Origin: Ascoidea asiatica JCM 7603 | Taxonomy: Eukaryota; Fungi; Ascomycota | DNA length: 64,000 nucleotides | Assembly (NCBI GenBank): GCA_001600695.1 | Contig: BCKQ01000001.1 | Span: forward strand, 352,279-416,278 | Reading direction: 5' to 3' | Shown: positions 13,301 through 25,017 of the stretch, in pieces | Position numbering within the stretch: the stretch's first letter is position 1 | Layout of the letters: each line of letters opens with the position of its first letter | The notes under the pieces: generated by a model | Seen by the model: only the letters and a program-made list of their open reading frames with translations | Told to the model about the DNA's origin: nothing | The model's database searches: none | Made by a program: the position numbers and the translations under genes

Positions 13301-14208
13301 TATTATACAGTTTGGTTAGGATCAAATTGTAGCTGTTAATAATAATAATTCAGTTCTTCTTTACAAAAACTATCAAGTAAATCATAGATTTTTTTATGAC
13401 GCAAATTTTACTTTGGCCCTATTGATCAAGAAATTTTTGTCTCTGAATTTAAAAAAAAATCAACAAAGATAAGATAGATCTTCACTATTATAAGTAAAGC
13501 TAATTTCATAATTTTTTTAAAATAAATGAAAAAAGATATCTGAGGCCTATCAGATTCTTAATCCAAAACGATAAACACCTACAGAATTATTAAAACAATC
13601 AATTTTTGACTCCATTTGCCCATATTTTTTTATAATATTGTCTAATAAGGGCTAGATTATCTTCTCTATATTCTGCGATTATTAATAAAAAAGAGTCTAG
13701 TAATATTACTCGACTTGGGATTGGAAGCTGACATTTTCAAATTTGGGTGAACTTAACAATATGCAAGGAAGTGAATGAATTCACTTAATCCATTTCATAT
13801 TTTTAAGTTAGAATCGTTATTAAATTGACTACAAAATAATGAACTGAAAGCAAAGAGATTATCAATACAAGTTTAAAATACCATAAAAAAAAAGCTATTG
13901 AACATCCTTCAACAAAAATAAGAATATGCATTTATTTCATATCTATTTTTTTTATAAACAGCACATAAATGAAAATATACTCACAACACGTAAGAAACCA
14001 GCCCGCTCATGAATGAAACTAAAAGAAATGAAAGAAAAATAAAAAAATACTATGAATCAGAGAATCAAAACAAAAAATGCCCAAAGGAAAAATATATAAT
14101 AAAATTGAAAGACTCAAATAAAATAAGAAATGAATACAGAAACGTAGGAACAAGCAGAAGACGCCTGGCTAAGATAAACAAAAAAAATATAATAAATCAC
14201 TCAAATAT

Positions 14209-15723
14209 CTAAGCAGCAGGAGACTCATTAGAATAATCAAAGCAATATTTTCCTAGAACTCTATGTAATGCTTCTTCTAAAAGTTCCCAACGATAAATCT
14301 TAAGATCCTTTTCAATATTTCTTGGCTTAGGAGAATTGAAAGACATGATCAATTTGAAGAATTTATCAAGTTCGAATGGATTTAGATTATTTTTGTTGAA
14401 ATTTCTCTTAGAGCCTGTGTTTGGTTCAGCTGCAGTTCCATCATCATTAAGTTTTGGTTTTCCAATTGTTAAACTTTCAAGAGTTTGCAAATTTCTTCTT
14501 ATTCTATTCTTCTCTTTCATATCAAATGAAAGAATTCCACTCAATCTCTCTAATAAATAAATTATATCCACAGATGTTACATAATATTCATTTTTGAAAT
14601 CCCAATAAATGCAAGAAATTATTGGAGAACCTTGTTCATATTTCCCGAATTCACTTACTTCAATTGGTTTGAAAGAAACATTTAAATCAGTTCCTGTTGC
14701 ATACCAATCAAATAATACAAGTCTTCTTCCAAAATTTTTTTCAACATTTGTCCAAGTTTGTGTCATTGTAAGTAAAGCTTTTCTTACCCTTAAAACAACT
14801 GTAGGATAAAGAGGATATACTGAGTTTGATGAAGAATAATTGATTTTTCTATGATATTGATCTGCTTTTTCACTATTAATTAAGCCAGTTCTTATTAAAT
14901 TTGGTTTAAAGTTTTGCTTGAAGAAATTATCAGTTCCTGAGAATTGATATGCATCAAAGTTATATGACAGATCATGTGAAGAAGTTAATCTTGGTAAACC
15001 AGAAGAGATTGCTGAATTTGAGTATAATACAGGATTTGAAGTAGAAATAACATTTTGAACTCTTCCTGAACTTGTTTGATATAATTGTTGATTATAATTA
15101 TAGCTTGATAAATTTAGTGAACTTGAAATATTATTTGAATTTAGACCATTATTAGAAAGCAAAGGTGTACCATAATTATTTTGTTGAGGAATTAAATTAT
15201 AAGCAGCATTATTAAGAGTATACCCAGATGGAATCTTGAAATTATTTGAAGTATATGGATTTGTTCCTGGTAATGTTCCCCAATTCGTTTGTTGAGAATT
15301 AAAAGATGTGGGTGGATTGGAAGAAAAATTAGCAACAGCTGCTGAATTATTAGAAGTAGGATCACTTGAAGAACGAATAGTTGGAGAAACTTTATCATTC
15401 GAATAACTAATATTTGTAGGACTTTGAGAAAAAACTGTTGATGCACTATTTGAACTGATTGAACTACCATTGAAATTGCCTGAAGAAGTTCTTGATTTTG
15501 GAGTTTCCATATTATTAGAAGGAGTACTATAAGGTACATTTGAGTTGAATTTAGGAAGACCATTTGATGACATACCTAAATTCATTTCCATATTCATATT
15601 CATATTGTTATTTGAACCATAAGATATATTTTGTTGAATATTAGGATCAGTTGTGTTTTGATAAGGGGAATGAATTTGATTATAATTATTTGTTAATAAT
15701 TGAGTGGTTTGAAATCCTGACAT
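14209..15723 (-). CDS. Medusa (MedA)-family transcriptional regulator, paralogue 2, 504 aa
   Basis: Motifs MTQTWT..E...GRRLV.F, IISCIYW....EYYVTSVDIIYLLE, KEKNRIRRNL, FFKLIMSF.SPKPRNIEKDLK and AL.RVLGKY. S/N-rich N-terminus. TATA-like TATATAAAG about 300 nt upstream. Confidence 0.9.
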   Translation of the reverse strand: MSGFQTTQLLTNNYNQIHSPYQNTTDPNIQQNISYGSNNNMNMNMEMNLGMSSNGLPKFNSNVPYSTPSNNMETPKSRTSSGNFNGSSISSNSASTVFSQSPTNISYSNDKVSPTIRSSSDPTSNNSAAVANFSSNPPTSFNSQQTNWGTLPGTNPYTSNNFKIPSGYTLNNAAYNLIPQQNNYGTPLLSNNGLNSNNISSSLNLSSYNYNQQLYQTSSGRVQNVISTSNPVLYSNSAISSGLPRLTSSHDLSYNFDAYQFSGTDNFFKQNFKPNLIRTGLINSEKADQYHRKINYSSSNSVYPLYPTVVLRVRKALLTMTQTWTNVEKNFGRRLVLFDWYATGTDLNVSFKPIEVSEFGKYEQGSPIISCIYWDFKNEYYVTSVDIIYLLERLSGILSFDMKEKNRIRRNLQTLESLTIGKPKLNDDGTAAEPNTGSKRNFNKNNLNPFELDKFFKLIMSFNSPKPRNIEKDLKIYRWELLEEALHRVLGKYCFDYSNESPAA

Positions 15724-16999
15724 TTTGAAGGTTATAATTATCTATGAAAATAATAATAAAAAATTTGAATCAGGTAATTAAATGAATGCTAAGCTTTGAC
15801 TGAATTTATAATTATAAAGTATTGATAGAAATAAAAAATTAATGATGAGATATTTTATTTTTAATATATTTTAATAAGCAAAAAATTTTATGAGATATAA
15901 TTAATTTAATTATTGATATATACAATTGGTATTAAAGTAAGTATTAGAATAAGTATTAAAATAAGTATTAAGAAAAGAAAGTTGAAAGGTAAGTTGAAAA
16001 TAAAAGAAATCTTCACCTTTATATATAGTGAATCAAAGTTAATATCAAATATACAGAAATAGATTTTATTTGTATAAGATCTCAGTACTAGAACAATATA
16101 ATTATAGGCTCTTCAGTTTTTATTTAATTTTCATTAATTTAATTTTCCTATTGAATTAAGATTAACTTTTAATAATTTATTTTGGGTTTTATTTTTAAGA
16201 CGAAAACAATGTTAACATTAAAAAAAATAACAACTACAGGAAAAATACAAAAAGGCGTAAAACTTAATAAGTTAAATTATAAAAACCATAGTAATTACAT
16301 AGTACTGTACACTACACTGTTCTACGTTATAAGAAAATATGTACAAGTGATAAAATTTATATAATAATCTTGTTTTTTTAAAAATGGGTAATATAAATTT
16401 AAGTTAATAGGTAATATACAGTATGTTACAAAATTACAATTCTGTACCCAATGAATATCCGAGCGATCTTTTAAAAAGGTTAAGAAGAAATGGGCCTATT
16501 TGAAAAAGCATGGTTTTTGGCAACTGTCTTTATAAAATAGATCATAATTTCTGAAAGTTGATATCAACAAAAACCAAAATCAATTTTAATCAATTGGTCA
16601 ACCACTTATAACATCTATTATGTTACAATTTAGCCTTGGTTAATTTGAAAATAGGCAATAGGCAATAGGCAATAATTGAAAACATTTGAATAAAAGTTGA
16701 AGGATAAAAAGAAAAAAAAAATTTCCAATTACTGATTTGTAATTATTTTTTGAACATTAATTCTCGTACTTGTAGTATATATTGTAACATCCATGCTTTT
16801 TTGACAAGAATTGCTTTTACAAACAAATATTTGTTTGAAGAGCTGTTTTAAAAAAGAGAATGCAAAATTTGGTTGCCGTTTATAGTGTCTGTACCAATTA
16901 ACATAACATCATAGTTATTTGAATAGTAAATTCTTTTCAAAATTACAATCAATAGAGTGCTGTAAGAACTTATTATTTCCAATAGCATAGAAACTCATT

Positions 17000-17330
17000 G
17001 GCGGTATGAAAAGTCATGAGGTAAATTTTGGTCTCTGATCTGAGATCTAGAAATAAAACGCACACAGTGTAGTAATCCAAGGGTAATAAGTGCTAGTGCG
17101 ATACAAGTTTTGGAACCAGCACGCCATAATGCCATAGTTCTATAATAATTTCTTATTGGTATTTGAAAACTAATATCAATATTGCCATAAAGCTAATTTA
17201 TCTCTACATTAAGGTTTGTAGCCAATCTCTGCCACCTTATGCACTACGCTTTTTGCTGCACAGCTAACATTCTAAATTTTAACTTCCGCAAAACTTTCAA
17301 AACTGCAAAGTTTCCAAATTTCCGAAAATC
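17000..17330. promoter_or_regulatory. Moderately GC-rich patch about 1.3-1.6 kb upstream of medA-like gene 2
   Basis: Local enrichment of CG/GC dinucleotides in a non-coding tract. Confidence 0.3.
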
Positions 17331-20309
17331 TAATCGAATGAACAAATATTTATTTTGTTAAATAGCTGAATGAGACTTCACTAACATTGAAAAAATGTGC
17401 TGCAGATCATTATAAATAAATCTCAATGTTATTAGATAATCATAATTTCAACATTCAATGTTTTTTAATATGCCTATGGATTGGTTCGTTGCAAATAAAA
17501 AGATAAATTCCTAATTTAAAATTTGTGAGGAAATTCTCAATTCTCATATTCGCTTATTAACTGAACAATACTTCCTCGAATTAATTCTTTTCTTTGAAAG
17601 TTTCTGAAATTTTATAAATAGTTGTAAAAAATATATATTTTTTTCAATCAGAACTTTATAAAGTGGTAGAGGAAATAAAGCTGGCTAATGGTATAGTCAA
17701 AGAAATTCAAGGCTTTACAAATAAAAAAAATAAAAGTACACCACATTTATAGAATTTTTAGTTATTAAATAATAATTCCATTCGGGACTACTAACTAACC
17801 TTAATTTTTACCTCTTTATGATTTTTTTCCGGTAAACTCTGATGGTTTTTAGAATAATTTCTATGGAGATTTTACAAGTTTGCTGGAATAACTTCTAACA
17901 ATTTGGGTTCTGCCTTTCTTTTTATTTACTTTAGTCAGATACATAAACATGAAAAGTCCAAATTTACTTAGAATAGACCATGGAATAAAGTTCGCAAGAA
18001 AATATTATAGATTTCAATATTGCTAGAAGATATCTTCCCGTTGTTATTTTTTTATTTAAACTATCACTGGATTCACAATCTTCAAAAAAAATACATTTGA
18101 ATAACTTTTGACAAGTCATTGGACTTAGAGCCAAATAAATCATATCTCTTACAAAAATTTTATTTGGTGATTATTGGCGTAAGTAAATGAATAAAATATT
18201 CAAGGACGAGCCCCAGCATATTATATTGAAAAACGAAGGTTGAAATCATATTTTATCATCTGAACAATAAGTCATAGAAAACTAAAGGTAAAAATTTGGT
18301 TGTCAACTTTAGTATATTTTAAGATGCACCAAATTTTTAAGATTTCGTAGATGGATAGAAATAACTGACTTAAACTTGCTAAACGAAGTAAAAGAAAAAA
18401 AACTGAAATTTTACTAAAAGAAGAATTTTTCTAATAGTATTTTGTATCAAAATTCAAAAATTCGGCAATTCTATCTTATTTTGGAACATCTCAAACATAT
18501 TGGTTTTCATGATAAAAAAATAAAAAAACTAGATTTATTTTTTGCTTTCAAAAATACTGCTAGTTTTTTTATGCCCAATATTTTAAAGCATTCCTGATTT
18601 TTTTATATAACTATATCCAATACAATCATGTTCCTTCTTTTTGTATTTTTTTGAAGAATAACATAGAGAAATCGAGGCAAAAAAAAAAATTAAATAGTGG
18701 TCAAAATGAAACAACTCAATCTTCAGCTGTGGATTTTTTTAGCAGGGAAAATGGTCAAAGAACTTAATATAATAATTTTAACAAATTGTATTTCAATACT
18801 AGTTTGATTGATAATCCAAAACTCTCAAGATATGTGTTCTTTTTTGAAAATTTGAACTTCTTTTTTAATTCAATTTATGAGTTATTGAAAGGCTAAACAA
18901 TTTTATGAAGAACAAAAATTCAAATACTTCCCCAAACAGCCTTTTGCGTAATGGAAGGTAAAATAGGTGATTTTACTGTCTTACTGTTATAATTTGCTCG
19001 AAATCACAGGAAAAACTTGATGGTTATATAAATAGATATAGAGTATTAGAAAATTGAATAAATAAAATAAAAAAACATAATTTTTAAGTCTTTTCTACAA
19101 TTTCAAACCGCTGAAACGCAATATCGTGTTATGCATTTTATAAATAAGGTATTAAAAAGAAGGTTTAACTTCGTTTTATGAGAAATATATTGAAAAAAGA
19201 GACTGGTTAAAAATCCGTGAAACATGAACATTTTAATGTGACTCACTAATATTAATAGTTAACGTGAATCGCTATTGTTCATGCATTTCAATCTAATTAA
19301 TATTATTCCAAAAATCTATAATTGGTTTTCTATTTATGATTTTGTCTCCAAATTTCATTAAGAACTTTGTTATAATATAGTGCAGCTTCATTTCTTTAGC
19401 GGTACATTGGAATAAAATCATTTTAAAAATTTAAAAAAAAGAATCAGTCTCGAAAGCCTTTTGTACAGTGTTAATTGCCCAAGCTTTTTGTGTAAATGTT
19501 CAGGGAAAATAACAAATATTGGTTAAAAGCTCTTTGAAAAATATACAATACTTCTTGTGAATGATTTTTGTTTTATTGAAATTGAGATTTTTATATATAA
19601 GATCTGACACAGGTTATAAATATAAAAGTTTTATCGCTAATAAATTAGACAGCAATACCAGATTTTTTTTGATTTCAGTTTAAGTTTTGATTTTAGTTTG
19701 ATTCTTTCTTTTAAAAAAAATTTTACAAACTTTATGTTATTTGCAAGAAAAATTTTGTCTTTTACTATTAGGCAATCAGTAGTTAATTTGATAAAAACAT
19801 AAAGTAATAAAGGATGCTTTGAAAGTGGGGTTTACAAAAAATTGCTTAATAGCTGAAACTGAAAAATGTATTATTCTCAATAAAAAAAATATGCTTAAAA
19901 CCACAACATTTAAATTTCAAAAAAATCGGAAAACAGGAGTTGAACAATGAAGAAAATTGGGTTTTGAATTCTTTTTATCAAACAATTTTTTAGAAACTAA
20001 CTTCTTTAACTCATTTGAATCTATTTCTAAAAAATAGTTGAAATAACAGTAAATTGCTTTTTTAATTGAAAATCAATGACAACTGGTGAGGTTTTACAAT
20101 TTTTTAATTATTTTCTCGTTTTTTTCAAAATTATTTTAGACAATTGGAATATGCTGATAATTTTTTTGATATGAAGAGATTTTAAAATTTAAAATTTCAA
20201 GGAAGGAAGGAAGGAAGGAAGGAAATAAAAAATAATTTTGCAATAATAAATAAGCTCTGGATATAACCATTTTTAGAGCTTATTAGATTTAATTGATTAT
20301 AAATCCTCA

Positions 20310-20560
20310 GCAACAGATGTAATAGCAAAAATTGTGAATTTGTGTTCATTTTCTGTAGGTGTCAACCGAAATTCCCAATACAGCAATCCGCATCCGGAAA
20401 AACAAGGTTTGCTCCCTGAATGAACGTTAGTAAACTGTAACTTAATTGTGCGGTGGGTTAACCAGCAAATTTCAAAAATTGAAAATCCGATCTGCACCTC
20501 AACTGAAAATGTTAACGTTAACAGAGCTTTTGTAAACCTTAAAATTTAACGTTTGGATAT
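20310..20560. promoter_or_regulatory. GC-rich island in the long medA2-MNN2 intergenic region
   Basis: CG-rich patch with three AACGTT cores, including the 14-bp palindrome TGTTAACGTTAACA (20510-20523). Confidence 0.35.
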
Positions 20561-23500
20561 AAAACTTTATGGTCTTAGACAATTGCCCAAAGATTTCCAG
20601 AATTAAAAGTTACAAATATCTGAACCCATAACTTTTTTATAATACAATATTATTAAAGCAATCTCATATGGTGTTTTTTTTCAAAGTAACAACCAAATTA
20701 AATACTTACTTCTCGTCATAACATTGAAATACTGTAGATTGAATTAGAAATTTAATCAAGTAATAAGAACATGCATTACAATAACTATTGAGCTCTATTT
20801 TTTTTATTTTTAATCGAAGAACAGAAACTGGATTTATCAACAAACTACATAACTTTTATTAATTTTCAAACCCACTTAATTCAAATAATTATTCTGTCTC
20901 AAGATAGGCTAGTAAATTTAGAACAAGAAAATTGACTGATTTCTCTACGATAGAGCATTGATATGAGATTATTTATAAAATTGATTATTTAGGAGAAAAA
21001 TCTTACAAAAATTCTTGTAAGAACACAGCAAATTATAAAATAATAATTGACTACCCAGAAGCTATATCTAGTATAAAATTGTAAGTCAATCATTATATCC
21101 TATTAGACAATGTGCGAACAATAATAATAAATATTAATAATAAAGAGAAAAAATTATTATTTCCAACTTTAGCTGGATTGATCAAGAATGTGAGAATATT
21201 CTTGTTGCTTTTGGTTCGGAGTAAACTTTAATAATCATGATTAGAAAATAAGAGAATTATAAGCCTGAAAAGAAATCAGAAAATAGTTTTTTTCTCTTTT
21301 CAAAACGCAAGCTTTCAAGATTAAAATATAGTATTATTTTTATTATGATCAAATAAATTACTATCAGCTAAAATCTTTATTAAACCGCTTTCTTCCTCTA
21401 ACGTTAAATAATCAATTATATTTTACTTTTAATAACAAACTGTAAGCATAGCCTTGGGAAAAAGTATTAAATTGGAGCTAATTTATACCATTGTTACTAT
21501 TAGTTTATTTGATTTGTTTGGACCGATTTTAAATTTGAACTTCCAAGTTATGCTAATTGTTTTTTTTTTTCTCTTATTTCTCGGAAAGTAATACGAAAAT
21601 AATCGTACAGTACCATTTTTCATTTTAAATTTCACATAATTCTCTTTTTAACATATCTAAACACTATCACAATACAATTCTCATGAATTAAAGAATTTTT
21701 AATTTAAAAATTCTTTTGATATTTCAATTATACTTGTATAATGATAATATTTACTCCAATTATTTTTAATATTCTTCTAAGTGCTTTGAGTGTATTGGAA
21801 ACAAAGAAATCAAAGTTAAAAAACATCAGATATCATGTAAATGCAATAAAAAAAAAGGAATTTTTCTCATTGCTATTTCTTAAATATAGTTAAATTCATA
21901 CTAAAAAAGTGTTGTTGAACAAAAAATAATTGAAATAATCTATTTGCTTGAAATTATAACTAATTTGATTTGTTTGTTTGAAAATGTAATCTGTTTCCAT
22001 TATAATTGAAGTAATCGCTTATAATTAAAATCTAATGAAAAATCTGTAACATGGGACTCTGAATATAAAAATAAGTATAATTAACATAATTTAACATAAC
22101 ATTCAAATTTTAAATAATAAAAATGATGAAATTAATTAGAAGTGAATACGAAATTTGTATTAACAAGAAACAAACTAAGGAATAAGTTTGAGAAATAAGA
22201 TGATTTTAAAGAAAATTAATTGAATTCTAAAACATAAAAAGCCATAAGGAGTCATTTAAAGTGAAATGAAAGTAATTAATTTTGGAATTTATAAGAACTT
22301 TGATAATTTTTCAATAATTTTTTATAAAGAGAATTTTAAAATTTAAAAAATTAAAGCATAAAAATTCTATAATCAAAACTTCTTATTGTAGATTATTAAT
22401 TAAGTAAGTATTCATAAAGAATTTTTTAAGTCTCGGGAATATTGGAGATTAAATAATTATTCAAAGTAATAATTTTAGTATTGAATTGAGAATTTTTAGG
22501 AGAATAATATAAATTAATTTCTGTTTAAGTTTCCTGAAAAGTAATTTTAGGATCTACTATTATAATGAAGATTTTTTTTTGTTGAAGTTTTGATAAAATT
22601 GAATTAAGAAGGTTTCTCCACTTGATTTTAGCATAACATTGTTATATGTTATGAAGATTATTAGTGAAAATAAATTATTAATCAGAGATAAAACTAGAAC
22701 ATGATTTTTTTATGAATATTATCATTTAAATTGAATTTGGATTGAATTGAACCGAGAATTTTAAAGCAACTTAATTGATAATTGAGGAAATTATTGATAA
22801 TTGATATGACGATGAAAACGAAGATGATTATTGGTAAATTGAATTAAAACCCTTTAATTTCATAGGAGTATAAGAACATAAACTTGTTACAAAAGTGACC
22901 ACTTTAATTATACATTAGATTGATTAATATATGATATTTGAAACAAGATAATTGTAAAATTGATACTTAATATACTTAAAATACTTAATATAAGTAATGC
23001 AATTGATAGTAAATAAACATAAGATTGAAGATATAAGATAAGATAATTATTGAAATAAGTTAATTTAATTTGAATCAATTTAAATTAAATGGTTAAAATT
23101 GTTACAAAATTCACATACAGTATATAATAATCAGTATAATAATCAGCATAATAATTAGTATAATTATTAGTATGGTTATTAATATGATATATGATACATT
23201 TGAAGTATTTAAAATATATTAATAGTTGTTTTAGATTAATTTATTATTAGAAATCTAAATTACATTTAAAACAATATAAATAATAAAGAAAAACGAAAAA
23301 AAAAGAAAAAATGTAAAAAAAAAAAACATTCTTTTTTCAAATAAATTAAAGGAACTTATTAGAATTTATAATAAATATAAGAGATTTAATAGATAATTGG
23401 AGAATAAAATTCGAGATAAAATATTTATGAAACCAATTAAAGTAAATCCCAATAAAGTAATTCCATTTTTTTTTGCTTTTCAATAAAATTCTAAATTGAG

Positions 23501-23859
23501 AGTTAAAACAAATGTATAATTCTTTAAAATGATTAAAATTGAGTTAAAGTAGATTGAATTGAGTTAAATTACATTAAAATTGAGTTAAATGATATTATTT
23601 CAAGTGATAGTGAATAATATTTAAAGAGAATATCTTTTAATATATTTGATAAATAGTGATTGTAAGTGTAGTAGAAAAGAATTTCATTTTTAATTCCATT
23701 GAATATATTACAACAGTGTTTGAAAGAAGAATCAAAAACTAAGTTTATGTTCCAATATTGCAGAATTACCAGGGAAGTGTGTTGTAAAAATAACAGTAAT
23801 ATATCTTTTAGTTGTAAATCTGTGTCGTTTGAAAAGGGATTATTCCCCTTTTTTAGTCT

Positions 23860-24400
23860 TCTTTCACCGGCGATCCCAAAAAAGGTACACATTGCCCAAA
23901 AGGGAAGTTGCCTAAAGAGGACTGTACACCCTCGTAAGTTGAGTAATCCGGTGTTGCCTATAACGGTTACTTGGTATATGTGGCTGAGTGCTAGGAAGTG
24001 CGTCCTGTATATTACAGTCCTGTGCACTAAATAAATTAAAAAACTTTTTTACCAGTGTTGTGGTACTGTACCGTAGCAGTGGGTCTCCACCGTTGCCAAC
24101 AGCTCTCTGTACTGATGTTAGCAAATAACGCGTTAGTAAAACAACAATGAAAATATTCTGCGGTGCTGGAGTAAAAATAGAACGGGCCTGACACGAAGCC
24201 CGCGTCTCCTTGCAGTGTCTGGCTGCCCTTCCGCAGTACCAAAGTTTCCCATTTAGAATCCAAACTCCAGAAGTGCGGTAACTCTTCAGAAGCTGTTTAA
24301 ACTTCTCCAGACTCAAAAGAACCAAAAGAACCAAAAGAACCAAAAGAATCAACAAAACCACCAAAATCATCTCCAACAACTCTGCAACATCTTCAGACTT
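23860..24400. promoter_or_regulatory. GC-rich promoter island upstream of the MNN2-like gene
   Basis: High-GC block about 0.6-1.1 kb before the ATG. Contains ACGCGT (MCB-like), GTACTGTAC (24063-24071) and a CAAAAGAAC tandem repeat. Confidence 0.55.
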
Positions 24401-25017
24401 TTCACAACTCTTTAGTATTCAATGAATCAAATATAGTCAGTTATTCATATTCAACATCTTTTCTCTTCTTTATTTTATTTTCTTTTCTTTTCTTCTTCTG
24501 ATCTTAGAATTATTCAATGATTTCCAATTATAACCTATCTTTAACTTCTTTAACTTCTTTTATTTTCAATTGAAAACAATAAACAACACTAAATTTGCTA
24601 AAAAATCTAGCTTTATTTATAATTTTTCAATTCATATTTTTTTTTATTAGTTCAATGATTTGTAAATAACAATTTCTATTCATTTCATATTTTTAAACTT
24701 CAAGCCCTGATCATTATCAATACCCTTTCTATTTCAATAACCATTGTTTGTGTCCTTAAAGAAATTTCACTTTTTTTACAAAGTAAGCCTACTTAAACTA
24801 ACTTTAACAAATAATATATCCAGTATTGTAAACGTTATTAAAATATTCACTCTTATTCATATGAATATTTATATTTATATTAAAAGTCATATTCTATTCA
24901 TATTCTTATCAACAACATAAGTATAATATTTCATTTCATTTCTTTCTTTCCTTATTCCTTTGTTTCTTTCTCAATCCTTTATTCAATTATAATCATTATC
25001 CAAAAAATATAATAATA

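Noticed and set aside
13170-21231. Stop-poor plus-strand frames at about 13170-13490, 18061-18290 and 20908-21231 as pseudogenes or transposon relics
   Set aside because: No recognisable motifs. A few such frames are expected by chance over six frames of 17 kb.
23569-24379. Four overlapping ORFs of 75-155 aa
   Set aside because: They coincide with a GC island where stops are rarer, and their codon usage is unlike the real genes. The same applies to ORFs at 30319, 36635, 40443, 45679, 49401, 56291, 58882 and 63684.
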